62,276 nt of DNA from positions 53,071,115 through 53,133,390 of the forward strand of contig NC_057719.1 in the NCBI RefSeq assembly GCF_004010195.1, written 5' to 3'. The notes under the pieces are model-generated. The model saw nothing but the letters and a program-made list of their open reading frames with translations. It made no database searches and had not been told where the DNA came from. The translations under genes and the position numbers were made by a program. Source of the DNA: Chiloscyllium plagiosum (taxonomy: Eukaryota). Shown here piece after piece: positions 48,196 to 61,119 of this stretch. The first letter of the stretch is position 1; each line of letters begins with the position of its first letter.

Positions 48196-48317
48196 AACTA
48201 AAGGCTAATCTTTATGCAAGGCCGAAAACAAAGGAAAATGGTAAAAGGTCTACCCTTTAAGCCCTGGAAGCTTTCCCTATGCTTAAGTTTCTGACTGATC
48301 TTAAAACATAATGGATT

Positions 48318-50740
48318 ACAAAGAACAAAGAACAAAGAAAATTTACAGCCCAGGAACAGGCCATTTGGCCCTCCAAGCCTGAGCCAATCCAAATCTACTG
48401 TCTAAACCTATTGTCCAACTCCTAAGCACCTGTACTCCTCTGCTTCCCACCTACTCATGCTTCTGTCCAGATGCATCTTAAATGAATCTACCGTGCCTGC
48501 CTCTACTACCTTCATTGGCAACACGTTCCAGGCACCTACCACCCTCTGTGAAAAGTACTTGCTGCACGTATCCCCCTTAAACATTTCCCGCTCACCTTGA
48601 AAGCATGACCTCTCATTATTGAATCCTTCACTTTGGGAAAAAGCTCATCTCTATATACCCTGTCTATATCCTTCATGATTTTATACACCTCAATCAGGTC
48701 CCCCCCTCAATCTCCTTTTTTCTAATGGAAACAATCCTAACCTACTCAACCTCTCTTCATAGCTAGCACCTTCCATACCAGGCAACATCCTCGTAAACCT
48801 TCTCTGCACCCTCTCCAAAGCGTCCACATTCTTTTGGTAATGTGGCAACCAGAACTGTACACTGTATTCTAAATGCGGCCAAACCAAAGTCTTGTACAAT
48901 TTTAACATGACCTATCAGCTCTTATACTCAATACCTCGTCCGATGAAGGCAAGCATACCATATGCCTTCTTGACCACTCTATCCATCTGTGCAGCAACCT
49001 TCAGGGTACAATGTACCAAACTCCCAGATCTGCCTGCTTATCTTTTTTTCCCAAGGCTTTTCCGTTTCTGTATAATTCGCTCTCAAATTAGACTTCCCAA
49101 AATGCATCACCTCATATTTGCCTGGATTGAACTCCATTTGCCACTTCTCCGCCCAACTCTCCAGTCTATTTATCTTCTCCTATATTCTTTGACATTCCCC
49201 TATGCTTTCTGCAACTCAACCAATCTTCATGTCATCTGCAAACTTGCTGATCAGACCAACAATGCCCTCTTCCAGATCATTTATGTATATTACAAACAGT
49301 GGCCCCAATACTGACCCCTGTGGAACACCACTGGTCACCTTTCTCCATTTTGAGAAACTCCCTTCAACTATTACTCTCTGTCTCCTGTTGCTCAACTAGC
49401 TCTTTATCCACTTAGCTAGAACACCCTGCATACCATGTGACTTCACTTTCTCCATTATTTTACCATGGGGAACATTATCAACTGCCTTACTAAAGTCCAT
49501 GTATATGACATCTACAGCCCTTCCTTCATCTATCACTCCTCAAAGAACTCTATTAAGTTGATAAGGCACAATCTCCCCTGCACAAAACCATGTTGCCTAT
49601 CACTGATATGCCCATTCTTTTCTAAACATAAATAGATTTTATCCCTCAGTACCTTCTCCAGCAACTTTCCCACCACTGACATCAGGCTCACTGGTCTGTA
49701 GTTACCCAGAATATCCCTTCTACCCTTCTTGGACAGGGGGACAACATGAGCAACCTTCCAATCCTCCAGCACCTCACCTGTGTTTAAGGATGGTACAAAG
49801 ATATCTGTCAGGGCCCCAACTATTTCCTCTCGCACCTCCCTCAGCAACCTGGGATAGATCCCATCTGGTCTTGGGGATTTGTCCACCATAATAACCTCTA
49901 GCCTACCCCACACATGTTCCCTATTTATGTCAATGTGATCCAGACTAATCAAACTTCTATCTCTAATCTCAACATCCATCAAGTCCCTCTCCTCAGTGAA
50001 CACTGATGCAAAGTAATCATTCTGAATCTCACCCATTTTCTTAGGTTCGACACACAGCCTTCCTTCCTTATCCTTTAGTGGACTAATCCTTTCTCTAGCT
50101 ACCCACTTGTTTCTTATATAAGAATAAATGGCTTTGGGATTGTCCTTAATTCTGCTCACTAAAGCTATTTCATGACCCATTTTAGCCCACTTAATTCCTC
50201 ATCTAAGACTGGTCCTACCCTCCTGATATTCTTCCAGGGCCCATTCTGTTCTTAGCTTCCAGGACCTTATGTACGTTTCCCTTTTCCTCTTGGCTAGTCG
50301 TATGATTTCTCCTGTCATCCATAGTTCATGAATCTTGCCTTTCCTATCCTTTGCTTTCAACGGAACATGCCTATCCTGCACTATCTTTAGCCTATCTTTG
50401 AAGACCTCCCACATAGAAAATGTGGACTTCCCTTCAAATACCTGTGTCCAGTCCACATTTCCCAGCTCCTGCCTAATTTTGATATAATTAGCCTTAGCCC
50501 AGTTTAGTACTCTTCTCTTAGGACCACTCTCATCTTTGTCTAGGAGCATTCTAAAACTTATACAATTGTGGTCACTGTCCCCAAAGAAATCCCCAACCGC
50601 AACTTCTACCACTTGTCCTGGCTCGTTCCCCAACACCAGGTCCAATATGGCCCCTTCCCTTCTTGGACTATTGACATACTGCTCTAGAAAGCTCTTTTGG
50701 ACGCTTCTTACAAATTCTGCCCCATCCAGACCTCTGACCA
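48318..50740 (-). mobile_element. CR1 LINE, ~2.4 kb of ORF2 (APE end to 3' UTR) with few disablements
   Basis: ORFs 50199..50741 (PRREGAILDLVL, GDSDHNCI), 49533..50180 (GNYRPVSLMSVVGKLLE, QHGFVQGRLC) and 48690..48908; repeated-unit tail at 48318. Confidence 0.95.
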
Positions 50741-50929
50741 TGCTGAATCGTAAAACATCCTGAGCTAAACAAAAATCTATAAGTGCTGCTAAGGTAGCCT
50801 TCCCAAACCCGCTTAAAAGGGAATTGCTACTGTTACAGAAATACTTACAAGTTAGTTATTAACTTCATACAGAGTGAAAACCCATTTATCACAAGCCCAT
50901 ACTTTAACCTAATGTAAATCTCTCAGGTT

Positions 50930-51400
50930 ATATCACAACTTCCTTATAATTTAGGTTATCCTCCAGGTCCCTAAACCCTGACAAGCTATTTAATTCCAAC
51001 CCAACAGCATTGACAAATCTCCTTGTGAGGATTCCAGTCACAGTTTGTTTAGATCCCATCTGCCCCAGAGTCCAATTCCTTAGAAATCTGATGCCCCTCA
51101 TCCCAACTAGGTCTCCAGCCATGTGTTCAATCCATCAATCCTCTTGTTCTTATGCTCACAAACACGTGGCACTACAAGCAATCTTGTGATTAATATTCTT
51201 GAGGTCCTACTTTTCAATTTTGTTTCTAAATATGCTTTCAGGACCTCATCCCTGTTCCTGCCCAATATATTGATACCAATGTAGACCATGAATTCTCAAT
51301 TGTTCTTCCACTCAAAAGAATATAATGCAGTTGCTCCGTGACATCTTTGATGATTTATACTAAGGAAGCAACACACCATTTTGGAGTCATGTTTACTACT
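50930..51400 (-). pseudogene. CR1 ORF1 SGNH-esterase domain relic
   Basis: VYIGINILGRNRDEVL...KLKSRTSRILITRLLVVPR...LNTWL fits the CR1 ORF1 esterase pattern VHIGTNDIG...ISGLLPVP. Confidence 0.75.
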
Positions 51401-51926
51401 GCATATATTCCTGTTGATCCCTATCAACAAAATTAATTGAAATTTTTTGAGGAGGTGCCAAAGTGTGTAGATGGATATAGGCTACATTAGTAAGATTTTT
51501 GATGAGGTCTCATATGACAGATTAGTGAAGAAGCTAAGAGCCCAGAACAATTTGATAAATTTGACAATTTAATAAATTGGATTTAAAATTGACTTAATGG
51601 CAGGAAACTGAGCATGATGGTAAAAGGGTGTTTTAGTCACTGGATGCCTGAGCTGAGTGGCATTTCACAGAATTGAGTGTTAAGTCCTTGTTATTTGTGA
51701 GTTTATTAAAGATCTAGGAATGATTGTAGGAAATACAATCAGTAGGTTTCCAGATGACATGCAAATTGGTAATAAATTGTGAGGAGGAAATCCTTAGACT
51801 ATAGTACGATATAGACTGGCTGGACAGTTGCAAATTGAATTTAATCCTGACGAGTATGAGGTGTGCATTTGGGGCTGGCTAGTATAGCAGGGGAGTACAC
51901 ACTGAAAGGAAATTATATGCCCATAT

Positions 51927-52249
51927 GGTGGCACGGTGGCACAGTGGTTAGCACTTTTGCCTCACAGCGCCAGAGACCCGGTTCAATTCCCGACTCAGGC
52001 AACTGTCTGTGTGGAGTTTGCATGTTCTCCCCATGCCTGCATGGGTTTCCTCCGGGTGCTTCAGTTTCCTCCCACAGCCAAAAATGTGCAGGTTAGGTGA
52101 ATTGGCCAAGCTAAATTGCCCGTAGTGTTAGGTGAAGGGGTAAATGTAGGGGAATGGGTCTGGGTGGGTTGCTCTTCGGATAGTCGGTGTGGATTTTTTG
52201 GGCCGAAGGGCCTGTTTCCACACTGTAAGTAATCTAATCTAAAAAAAAA
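51927..52249 (+). mobile_element. HE1-like V-SINE, full length, relatively young
   Basis: GGCACGGTGGCACAGTGG head, GGTTCAATTCC B box, V-domain, GTAATCTAATCT(A)n tail; CpGs retained. Confidence 0.93.
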
Positions 52250-52732
52250 TCCTTCAAGGTAGCAGGATGGATAGATAAAGAAGGCATTTAGAGAATTAGC
52301 ACTTACTAGTCAAGGCATTGAATACAAGAACAAGAAGGTTATGTTGGAGCTGTATATAATGTAGAGTACTGTGTGCAGCTTTGATTGAGATTGCACGAGA
52401 GAAGTTGCTGAGGAGAGTCACCAGGATGTGACCTGGGCTGGAAAGTTTTGGTTGTGGAGAGATTTTATAGAGGTAGAAAAGGCTGTGAGGGGAAACCCAA
52501 CTGAGGTTTGCAAAGTTATGTGGGGCATAGATAGAGCAGTTAGGGAGAAACTTTTCCCCTTAATATGAGCTAAGTAACCAGGGACCATATTTTTAAAGTA
52601 AGGAGCAAGAAGTTTGGAGGGGATTTGAGGCATTTTTATTTAACCCAGAGGGTGGTGGGCATCTGGAACTTACAGCCTGACAAGGTGGTAGAGGCAGAAA
52701 CCCCTCAAGATATTTAAGAACTTTTTTGATGA

Positions 52733-52862
52733 GGTTATAGCCAAACAGGTTTATTTGGAATCTCCTTCATCATGTGGTTCATCAGCAGTGCTACAAAAGC
52801 TGGTGCTTCCAATTAAACCTGTTGGACTATAACCTGGTGTTGTGATTTTAACTTTGTACACC
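52733..52862 (+). mobile_element. Penelope-like family 2 fragment with a short inverted arm
   Basis: GGTTATAGCCAAACAGGTTTATTTGGAA inverted against TTCCAATTAAACCTGTTGGACTATAACC. Confidence 0.75.
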
Positions 52863-54121
52863 TCATTCCAAATTTTGGAAGAGCACTTTGATGGCACAGC
52901 ATGCAAGGGAACAGGCTGTGTGGCTGGAAAATGGGATGGAATAGATAGGTGTTTGATGATCAGTGCGAACACAATGGGCCAAAGGGATGTTCTTTCATGC
53001 TGTAAATTACTCTATGACTGCATGGAATCTCCTATCACTATTAGACTTCATTGCTTCTTCCTCTCCATCTGTATAACAGGGATATCTGTGGTGACATGAC
53101 TTAGCTCTAGCTGCATTCCCTCAGAAATCAATGTCCTCATCAGTTTTCAAAATGGAATACCGAAAAGTGAGCAAGATATTGACGGGGGCTCCTACACTAC
53201 CTGACTGGTTCACCCAGACAAGCAGTCATCTATTCCCTCTCTGCCTACATGCTTCTAACCTGCGGGATGATCTATATGCTGTTCACATCGTCCTCTGCCT
53301 CAATGTTACACAATAGCGACTGTAGCTGCTGCCCACATTTTGAAAAACAGACCTCAAACCTATGCAGCTGATGACACTCTCTGCAGACGTGTTTGTTTGG
53401 AACAGATAGTATGTCCATAATATTACACACATGTCAGAGTGTACATATTCCACTTGGCCCAGTTGACCTGCTGTCTTGCAACTCTAAAGATGATTTGTTA
53501 CCCTTATATTATATACAACATTACTATAAATCTTACTAGTAACATATTAACTTTATTTTCTTTAAGTTTACTTACTTATTTTGGTTTTGCTTGGCCTGAT
53601 TTGACTTTACTTCCCCTTTGTATTCCTTACTGATAAATTCTAGATAAATTATCATTTTTTCTCATTTTAAGGTATTTAATCACTGTGAGCAGTTTCTCAC
53701 CAACCAGTTTACAGTTTTCCTTTGGTATTATTTTTATTCACACTCTGCCCAGCTGCCAAGCAGCCCTGAGTAGAGATGGCTCCCACAGGTTAGGCTGGCT
53801 CTGCTCTGGGAAGTTGAGTGAAGGCGCTAAACCTTTCCCATCTCCCTCAGGTCTGGCTATCTCCACTTCCAGAAGGTTTCTGATTTCTGCTGGAAACGGT
53901 CAACAGCAGCTTGCTCTTGTGTGTTTGGATGCTGTCGACTGTCTCCAGGTCCTCCTCTCTCATGCTCCAGATCAGAAGTCCTTAGGAGAGCCTTCATGGG
54001 CTCTCACCCAAAAACGACGTTGTTACTGAATTTCTTGTTGATTATAGCTAGGGAACTTATTTCTAACTCTGCTGAAACCACAGCAGCCGTCATGTCTAGT
54101 TTACTACAGGAGAAGAGAAAA

Positions 54122-54407
54122 AGATTAGATTACTTACAGTGTGGAAACAGGCCCTTCGGCCCAACAAGTCCACACCGACCCACCCCCACCCCCCTACATT
54201 TACCCCTGCACCTAACACTACAGGCAATTTAGCGTGGCCAATTCACCTAACCTGCACATTTTTTTTGGACTGTGGGAGGAAACCGGAGCACCCGAAGGAA
54301 ACCCACACAGACACGGGGAGAATGTGCAAACTCCACACAGACAGTCACCTGAGCGTGAATTGGTGCTGTGAGGTAGCAGTGCTAACCACTGTGCCACCGT
54401 GCTGCCC
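54122..54407 (-). mobile_element. HE1-like V-SINE
   Basis: Reverse complement of the 51927 type with a small deletion in the B-box region. Confidence 0.92.
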
Positions 54408-54899
54408 AAAAAAAGGGATTTGTAGTTACACAATGATGTTTGACTCAGATTCTTAACACAATGTTAACTTGTCATAGTTCTTTCATAGTGATCTTGAACC
54501 ATAAACATTATTTCAAAGCTGTTCTGTTCTCACTAGCTCCCAAGTGACCTTCAGCCTTGTAAAGAATGGTATAAAAAGTGTTGAAGATAAGCACTGGTTG
54601 TCTGTGAGAAGCATGAACTATTGTTTGTGGGGCTGCTTTGAGCTGGAGGTTTGGAAGAAGGAGATGGGAGTGGGTTGACATCATGTTTGTGGGGAGGTGG
54701 GTAGTGAAAAATATACACAGCATGCCAGAGGGCTGGTCTGTGTCATATTAACTGGAACCTGCCTGAATCAATCTGTCCTCAGCATCTCTGGAAATTAAGT
54801 ATCCAACTGCAAGAGTCTTCACCACATCACACCTACCCTCCTCTTGTTACTCTTCTTCTTCCTTGCCTGACAACACAGCTTAATCATCACCGTTCTCCT

Positions 54900-55470
54900 G
54901 CTGCAGACACAATTTGTCTGCAGTGCAGTATCAAGCAACGTACAGTGTTCCAGAGCTACCTAGAAATTTTGCAACTGCATTCTGGGAATTATCTGGACTA
55001 CCAGAATTGCACCTCCAACATCCTGGGCATGTTCTCAATTATAACTCATGTTCATGTTGTTTCTGTTGTACATTTTCTGGATGTCAGTGAGTGGAATCCT
55101 CATCACATCAGCACATCTTTAGGGGCTGCCCCTTCTTGCCCAGGGAGCCAGACACCAACTTGGTTTCAAGATGTGAATATCTATGGCAGTCTTGATTGGC
55201 ACTGGATGAAGAAATCATGGCAACTACCAGGGAATTTGTATAATGATCCTCTGGTCACCTTATGGCACCTTGTATGCAATCTGTGTCTCCTCAGTCAGAG
55301 GGAATCTTGCCAGAGTGCCAGGTTTGAGCATCCGCTCACTCTGACTGACTTCAGCAGTAGCAAAATGCTGGCGACAGCAAACACAGCACTGTGAGATATG
55401 TTTGGAGCCATCAGCTTGTGAAATTCCATAAATATCACCAGCTGATCCCTGGATAGAGCCAGAGGCCATT
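54900..55470 (-). pseudogene. Second Harbinger transposase relic
   Basis: ASGSIQGSAGDIYGISQ (HTH-region motif) and KFPGSCHDFFIQCQSRLP on the minus strand. Confidence 0.75.
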
Positions 55471-55601
55471 TATATCTGCATAGCTTACTTAGTCATTCCA
55501 GGCAATGTAAAAGATTTCTTTCTCTAAGTTAACAAAAAAAATGACAAGGAGGAACTGTTTCATTTGGTAAGCTTCTTTAAACGCAACATACAATTTATTA
55601 A

Positions 55602-56821
55602 GTTAAAAATCACACAACACCAGGTTATAGTCCAACAGGTTTAATTGGAAGCACACCATTGCACTACACACACACACACACACACACACAGATATTCCTA
55701 CACACACACACTGTCACATACACACGGACACAGATAATGGACTACTCTCGACTATTTGTCTCATTCTTGGACACATGCGTCTCCATCAAGGACGGACACC
55801 TCAGCACCACACTCTACTGCAAACCCACAGTTCCCCTCCCAGTTGGGGAACACTTCAGTGGTCCAGGACATTCAGCCTTGGACCTTCGGGTGACCATCCT
55901 CCACGGTGGACTTCAGGACAGGCAGCAGAGAAGAGGCCGAGCAGAGGCTGATAGCTAAGGTCGGTACCCATAGGGAGGGCCTCAACTGGGACCTTGGGTT
56001 CCTGTCACATTACAGGTGACCATCATTGCACTACACACACACAGATATTCCTACACACACACACTGTCACATACACACGGACACAGGTACACACAGTTGA
56101 AACTTTATTGCTGGAACAGCACAGCAGGTCAGACTCTGCATTCACTACACACACACACACACTTTCTCACACTGACAACCCCCACCCCAGACAGACACAC
56201 ACACACAGACAGACAAAGACCCACATGTACACATTATTTTGTGGGGTGAATTTATACTTGCAGAGTTACATTGTACTTTGCTCAAAAACTGCATGCATGT
56301 GTGGTGAATTTTTTTGGTACTTTCAGAGTTACATTGCACTTTGCTCAAAAACCACATACATTCTGTAGAACTCTGAGCATGAATTTATGTAAAACTCTGT
56401 TATCTCACTTTTTAGATTGGAATCAATCTAAACGTCAGGTCCTAGAAAGAGAACACAGGGGGCTAACACCTTCAACATATTGTCTAGCTATCACCATTGT
56501 TAACAGCTAACCCAAGAATGCAACTTTAAAAAAAATGGTTTTGTGATTTACACATGAAAGATGTGAAACTATCAATGTATTCTAACAGATGAAAGGCTTA
56601 ACAGACAATCAATTCTTCAATGTATAATTTCAGTTACATCACATTGCAAATTTTTGCTATAAATTCTGTGTTACGATCAAGCCCTCCACTATCACCTGAT
56701 GAAGGAGTGATGCTCCGAAAGCTAGTGTGCTTCCAATCAAACCTGTTGGACTATAACCTGGTGTTGTGTGATTTTTAACTTTGTACACCCCAGTCCAACA
56801 CCGGCATCTCCGAATCATGAC
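55602..56821 (+). mobile_element. Internally deleted Penelope-like element (family 2) with an inverted 5' terminal-repeat piece
   Basis: 13-bp TSD TACAATTTATTAA at 55589-55601 and 56822-56834; RT thumb VSFLDTCVSIKDGHLSTTLYCKPT fused to GIY-YIG tail LPVGEHFSGPGHS..LRVTIL; 3' hammerhead repeat. Confidence 0.9.
56693..56727 (+). ncRNA. Minimal type-I hammerhead ribozyme motif (family 2)
   Basis: CAC-CTGATGA-A-GGAGT-GAT-GCTCC-GAAA-GC-TA-GTG; predicted cut between 56724 and 56725. Confidence 0.72.
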
Positions 56822-57359
56822 TACAATTTATTAATGTGTTTTTAGAAAACTGAAACCTTTTGTTTAGAAATGATGAAAGATTATGCATTTGCAGGATAAG
56901 CATGCAATTATTATCGAGAGAACACTGGAATTAGTGTGGATGTTAGGAATGATTTTGTGATTTAAAACTCACTCTTTTGCTTATAGAAATTGCAAGGGAG
57001 TTTAACTAGAGATAATCTATTTGATACTGACTAGAAAGGGTCAATTGGGATAAACTGGATCTCATCAATTTGATGGAGTTTGAACCAACCCTAAACATTT
57101 AATGACATTTCAACTGATCTGGCATAATGATATATATATATATATGGTGGACAAGCAGGATACTGGAAGAACACAGCAAGCCAGGTAGCATCAGGAGGTG
57201 GAGAAGTCATCGTTTCAGATGTAACCCTTTGCCAGCCAGTCTAAAAAAGATCTTATTTACTTCTATCATTAAAAAAGAAGTGCCAAAGGAAACCAACCAG
57301 GTAATAGAAACAAAGAATTGATATAGTGATCTCAGATATAGTAGAACCATTTTCAGAAG

Positions 57360-57991
57360 TGTTAAGACAGACCCGCGGGGTCCCGTCTTTGCGTGTTCTT
57401 TCGGAAGGAGAGACTCACACTGGCAACTATGGTTAGACGCAGACAGCCGTTTATTCATAGAATCTTAACTGGTACAACGAATCTACAAGCATGCATTCGT
57501 TGGAGAAGGCGTTCTCCCTTCTCGTTCAAACTTGACACAATTATACTTCGCGCTGCCTGGAGTCCCCGGTCAGTTCGTCTTCCCCATTGGTCCATTCATC
57601 TGCGCGCGCTGGGGATCCGTCCTCCTATTGGCCACATCGAAGTGCCTGTCCAGCTCCTGCTGTGCTTGACAATGGCTCAGCCATCCCCGGGAGCGGTTCC
57701 GATCCCGTATTCAATAGTTCATTGTTTCAAGGAATTACTATGCGTCTGACAGGCTAGCCATTTTCAATAGTTTCAGTTTAACTAAATTGACAATTACACT
57801 TATCAACTTTAGACTTAAATAGAGCCATTCACACTTAACAGTTACAGGTTCCGATAGAGGAATTCACACTTGTCCAACAGTTACAGATTCCGATCGGTTT
57901 CTTTATTAATCCCGAGTTTCGATGGGGCAATTGATACTGGCTGGTATTTACAGGCTCCAAGATTTAATTAACATTATGCATATCCCTTACA
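57360..57991 (-). mobile_element. Probable young CpG-rich solo LTR
   Basis: TGTTAAG...CTTACA termini; on minus, U3-like direct repeats (~57827-57897), CCAAT boxes, TATAA near 57541 and AATAAA near 57450; TSD not found and right end uncertain. Confidence 0.55.
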
Positions 57992-58384
57992 AGCTCCAGC
58001 CAGGTAGTCATGCAGTCGCCAGCAGCAGCTCGCTTGGCTGTTGTTAACCATTTCAGGGCTGGAACTAGAAGTGTCTGTTGCAGAACTAGTGTCACCCTCC
58101 CTAGCCCTACATTAAACACCCCAGTGAAATCTCCCCAACAGAAGAAAATAAAGAGATTCAAACTCATGGAAGAGATTTCTAAATTTGATCGACTGTCAAA
58201 AACAAATTGAAGCTGCTGATTGAAGCAATTAAATGAGGCATTTCAGACAGTTAAGGAAATTTATGCCAAAAATAAACATAATTGTGGAATAAATGAGACG
58301 TATGTTATGAAAGTATCTACAGATCCTAATTTTAAAATAAATGCAGTTTGTGTGACAGTACTTTCTAGTTTATATAGGAAGTTT

Positions 58385-58580
58385 TTTTTTAATTCACTCA
58401 TTGGTCATGAGCTTCGTTGGCTGGCCAGCATTTATTGTCCATCCCTAGCTGCCCTTGAGAAGGTGGTGGTGAGCTGCTACTTAAATCAAACAGTCCATCT
58501 GCTGTAGGTTGACCTACAATGTCCTTAGTGAGAGGATTCCAGGATTTTGATTCAGTGATAGTGAAGCAACGGTGGTAAGT
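58385..58580 (-). mobile_element. Old CR1/L2-type LINE 3' end
   Basis: GGCCAGCATTTATTGTCCATCCCTAGCTGCCCTTGAGAAGGTGGTGGTGAGCTGC tail next to a T-run. Confidence 0.75.
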
Positions 58581-59057
58581 TAATTCAGTTGATTTTGCAA
58601 AACAAAGTAAATTGAAGAAGGAAACTGAGGAGCATGTACTCTTCATCACAGAAATCATTATCACAAGATATGGTGTGTTACAAACAGTAATGGACCAAAA
58701 TAAACTGATCACATTCTTTCAGATACTAAGAGATGATATGGTTACAGAAGATTTTTGTATGGTATGCTATAAGCATAAACAGATCTGGACTAAAATTCAG
58801 CACCTGTATTTTAGCCAGTTCAAACCCAAACATCCTGAGTGAAAAATCCAGATTGCTGGAACAGAGGAGGAATGAAGTGATTCCTGGAATTGTAACAATT
58901 CCTGCACCACACTTTCATGCATTACCTACTAGTGTTTGGTTTGAAGTTTAAAGTCAATTTTTCCTCTGAGTAGAAAGAGAAGGGTATGTAAAGAAATTGC
59001 AAATTTTGTATCAAAAACCTAAGGCTAATGCAGTTCGAACATGTCTGAAATTAAAGG

Positions 59058-59656
59058 TATGATGATGCTGCTCCTTTAACAAGGTTAGGTTGTCCTTGGC
59101 GGTTTTTTTTGCAGGAGGTCCATAAGTGACACACTCTGAAATGTCTAAGTTTGATCTACTTCAGAATGCTTTCAAATTTTAAAAAAATGTGTACAATGAA
59201 AGGAGAGTGGCCAGTTCTCCCAGCTCAGCTCTCTCTGGTTTTGTTTGGTTTTATCAGTCTGGCTGTTCATTGATAGCAGTCAGTCAGTGGGAAGCTGTTG
59301 GACCCAGGAGAAGCAGGTCTATGCTGACCCTCCCTTTCTCTGACTTCTCTCCTGCAAGACCCTGTGTTGGATTTTACCTTTTTTTGCCAAGGGGTGTTTA
59401 TGGGGATTGTCACAGGAATTTGGAATAGCATCATCAATTTAGGATAATCTGTTGGATTTTCGGATAGGTTACGATATTCGGCATTGTGTTCTCCTTTGTT
59501 TGCATTTCATTCAGTAATCTTGTCAATGAATTCTATTTTGTTTAGCTTATTCTTTCCTGGAATATCCACGTTACACCTGATTAAAGCAACTGGCAAAGTT
59601 AGAGTCCGGACTACTTTCTTGAAATGTTTGGAGGGGGTCTGGCCTGATCCATAACA
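59058..59656 (+). mobile_element. Solo LTR (Gypsy-like), 599 bp
   Basis: TATGATGA (decayed TGTTATG-type start)...CCATAACA; exact 4-bp TSD AAGG at 59054-59057 and 59657-59660. Confidence 0.75.
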
Positions 59657-61119
59657 AAGGATTCTTAAAATGTTTGCCTTAATTCCTTAACTCGGTGACA
59701 TTTTGGATACTTTGTGAAAGAATTAAAGCTTGCTGTTGATCAAAGTCTCAGTTTCTGTTGCAGTATGGGCAGAATCCACAAACCATCTCAATATGACAGT
59801 GGAGGGTCATGTTTATAGTGAGGCAGCCTCAGATTTCGACAGTGTGGCTGTAGATCCCAGTGCTTGATGAGACCTGCAGGCTCTCATATTAGCTCAGTAA
59901 TATATATTCTAGCTAATTACACATATTGTTGAGGAATATAACTGTGGGAATGCCAGTTGCTCCAAAATGCATGAGTCTGTTCGCACGAACATTTGTGGTC
60001 CTTCCACTGGCACTTGTTCTTGACTCTTGGCGAGCCAACTCAGACTGATGTTGCGTATTTTAAAGTATGATTTTCAAGGGCTTTTTGAATTCTCTGCAGT
60101 GAAAATCATCAGCCTTAAGCCAGCCATGCTGTAAACACTGGGGTAGCACTGCACAGGAGCAATTGCACAGCTAAGGACACTCAAGACTGTTACCATGCAC
60201 AGACATGATATGTTCATACTTGCTTGTATTATAAGGGTTGTTGTTTAGCATGATACCATGGTAAAGGTATGTCGATCAAATGCATTGAGCAAACTGTGCA
60301 GTTCTAGTTTGAAATACATCATCAAATTAACCAGACTGTTCTTTGACACCACAATCTGACCATCTTAAAATGCTTCAGTGCAGATGCAATATCTTCATGT
60401 CAACATCATTGTCAGCAGGGGTGCCATACAAGCTGGCCGGTAGTATCAAGAGGAATGGCTCTCTCATGAGGCTTGCCTCCAATTCCTGTATTACCAGCTC
60501 CAGCAATTCTCCATTGAATCAGAATTTCCAGCCTCAACTTGAAACATTAAGAGTGATGAGAAGGCACAAGTTGACAGATTGATAATATTAGCAGTGTAAA
60601 GCAACATATTGACAAGGAAAATTATATGGACTGGAATTGATGAATCACTTGCTACGTTATGACCATAATATCTTAATGAGAATATTGGCATATTGTGTAA
60701 AAGAAATGTTTTGAAAAGGTTAAGCTGAATTTCCTATTTAAAAAGCAAATTGATAAGGAACTTTGGTCTGGGACAGGAAATGAGGCCTGTTCACTGGGCC
60801 TCAGCGAGGCACGAGGCAGTCAAATTCTTATCTTTTTAAATAATTATTACCCAACAATAATTCTGTTTGATAAATGCATTGACTAACTCTAGAAGGCGAA
60901 TCTACTTGGTAGATTTGCTATCTCTCCACCTCACCGCTGTTACATTGTTAATAAATTTTGCCCACTGTTCCTGAAACTATTCTGAGAAATTGAATTTCCA
61001 AATACACCAACCCCAAAATAATTTCCTCCATCCTGTTAAAATTCAATTCACATCTTCCCAATCCAAATACAAAACAATCTTGGACCCACTTCATTGTAAT
61101 CCCATCCTATATCCATCAT

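Larger units (their letters stand above)
51420..53020 (+). mobile_element. Old CR1 LINE 3' portion split by a SINE and a PLE fragment
   Basis: LIEIFEEV, RFPDDMQIG, QIEFNPD and TQRVVGIWNL remnants; CTGTAAATTACTCTATGACT tail. Confidence 0.8.

Noticed and set aside
49533..50741. Active autonomous LINE
   Set aside because: ORF2 is broken by stops and frameshifts and is 5'-truncated at ~50740
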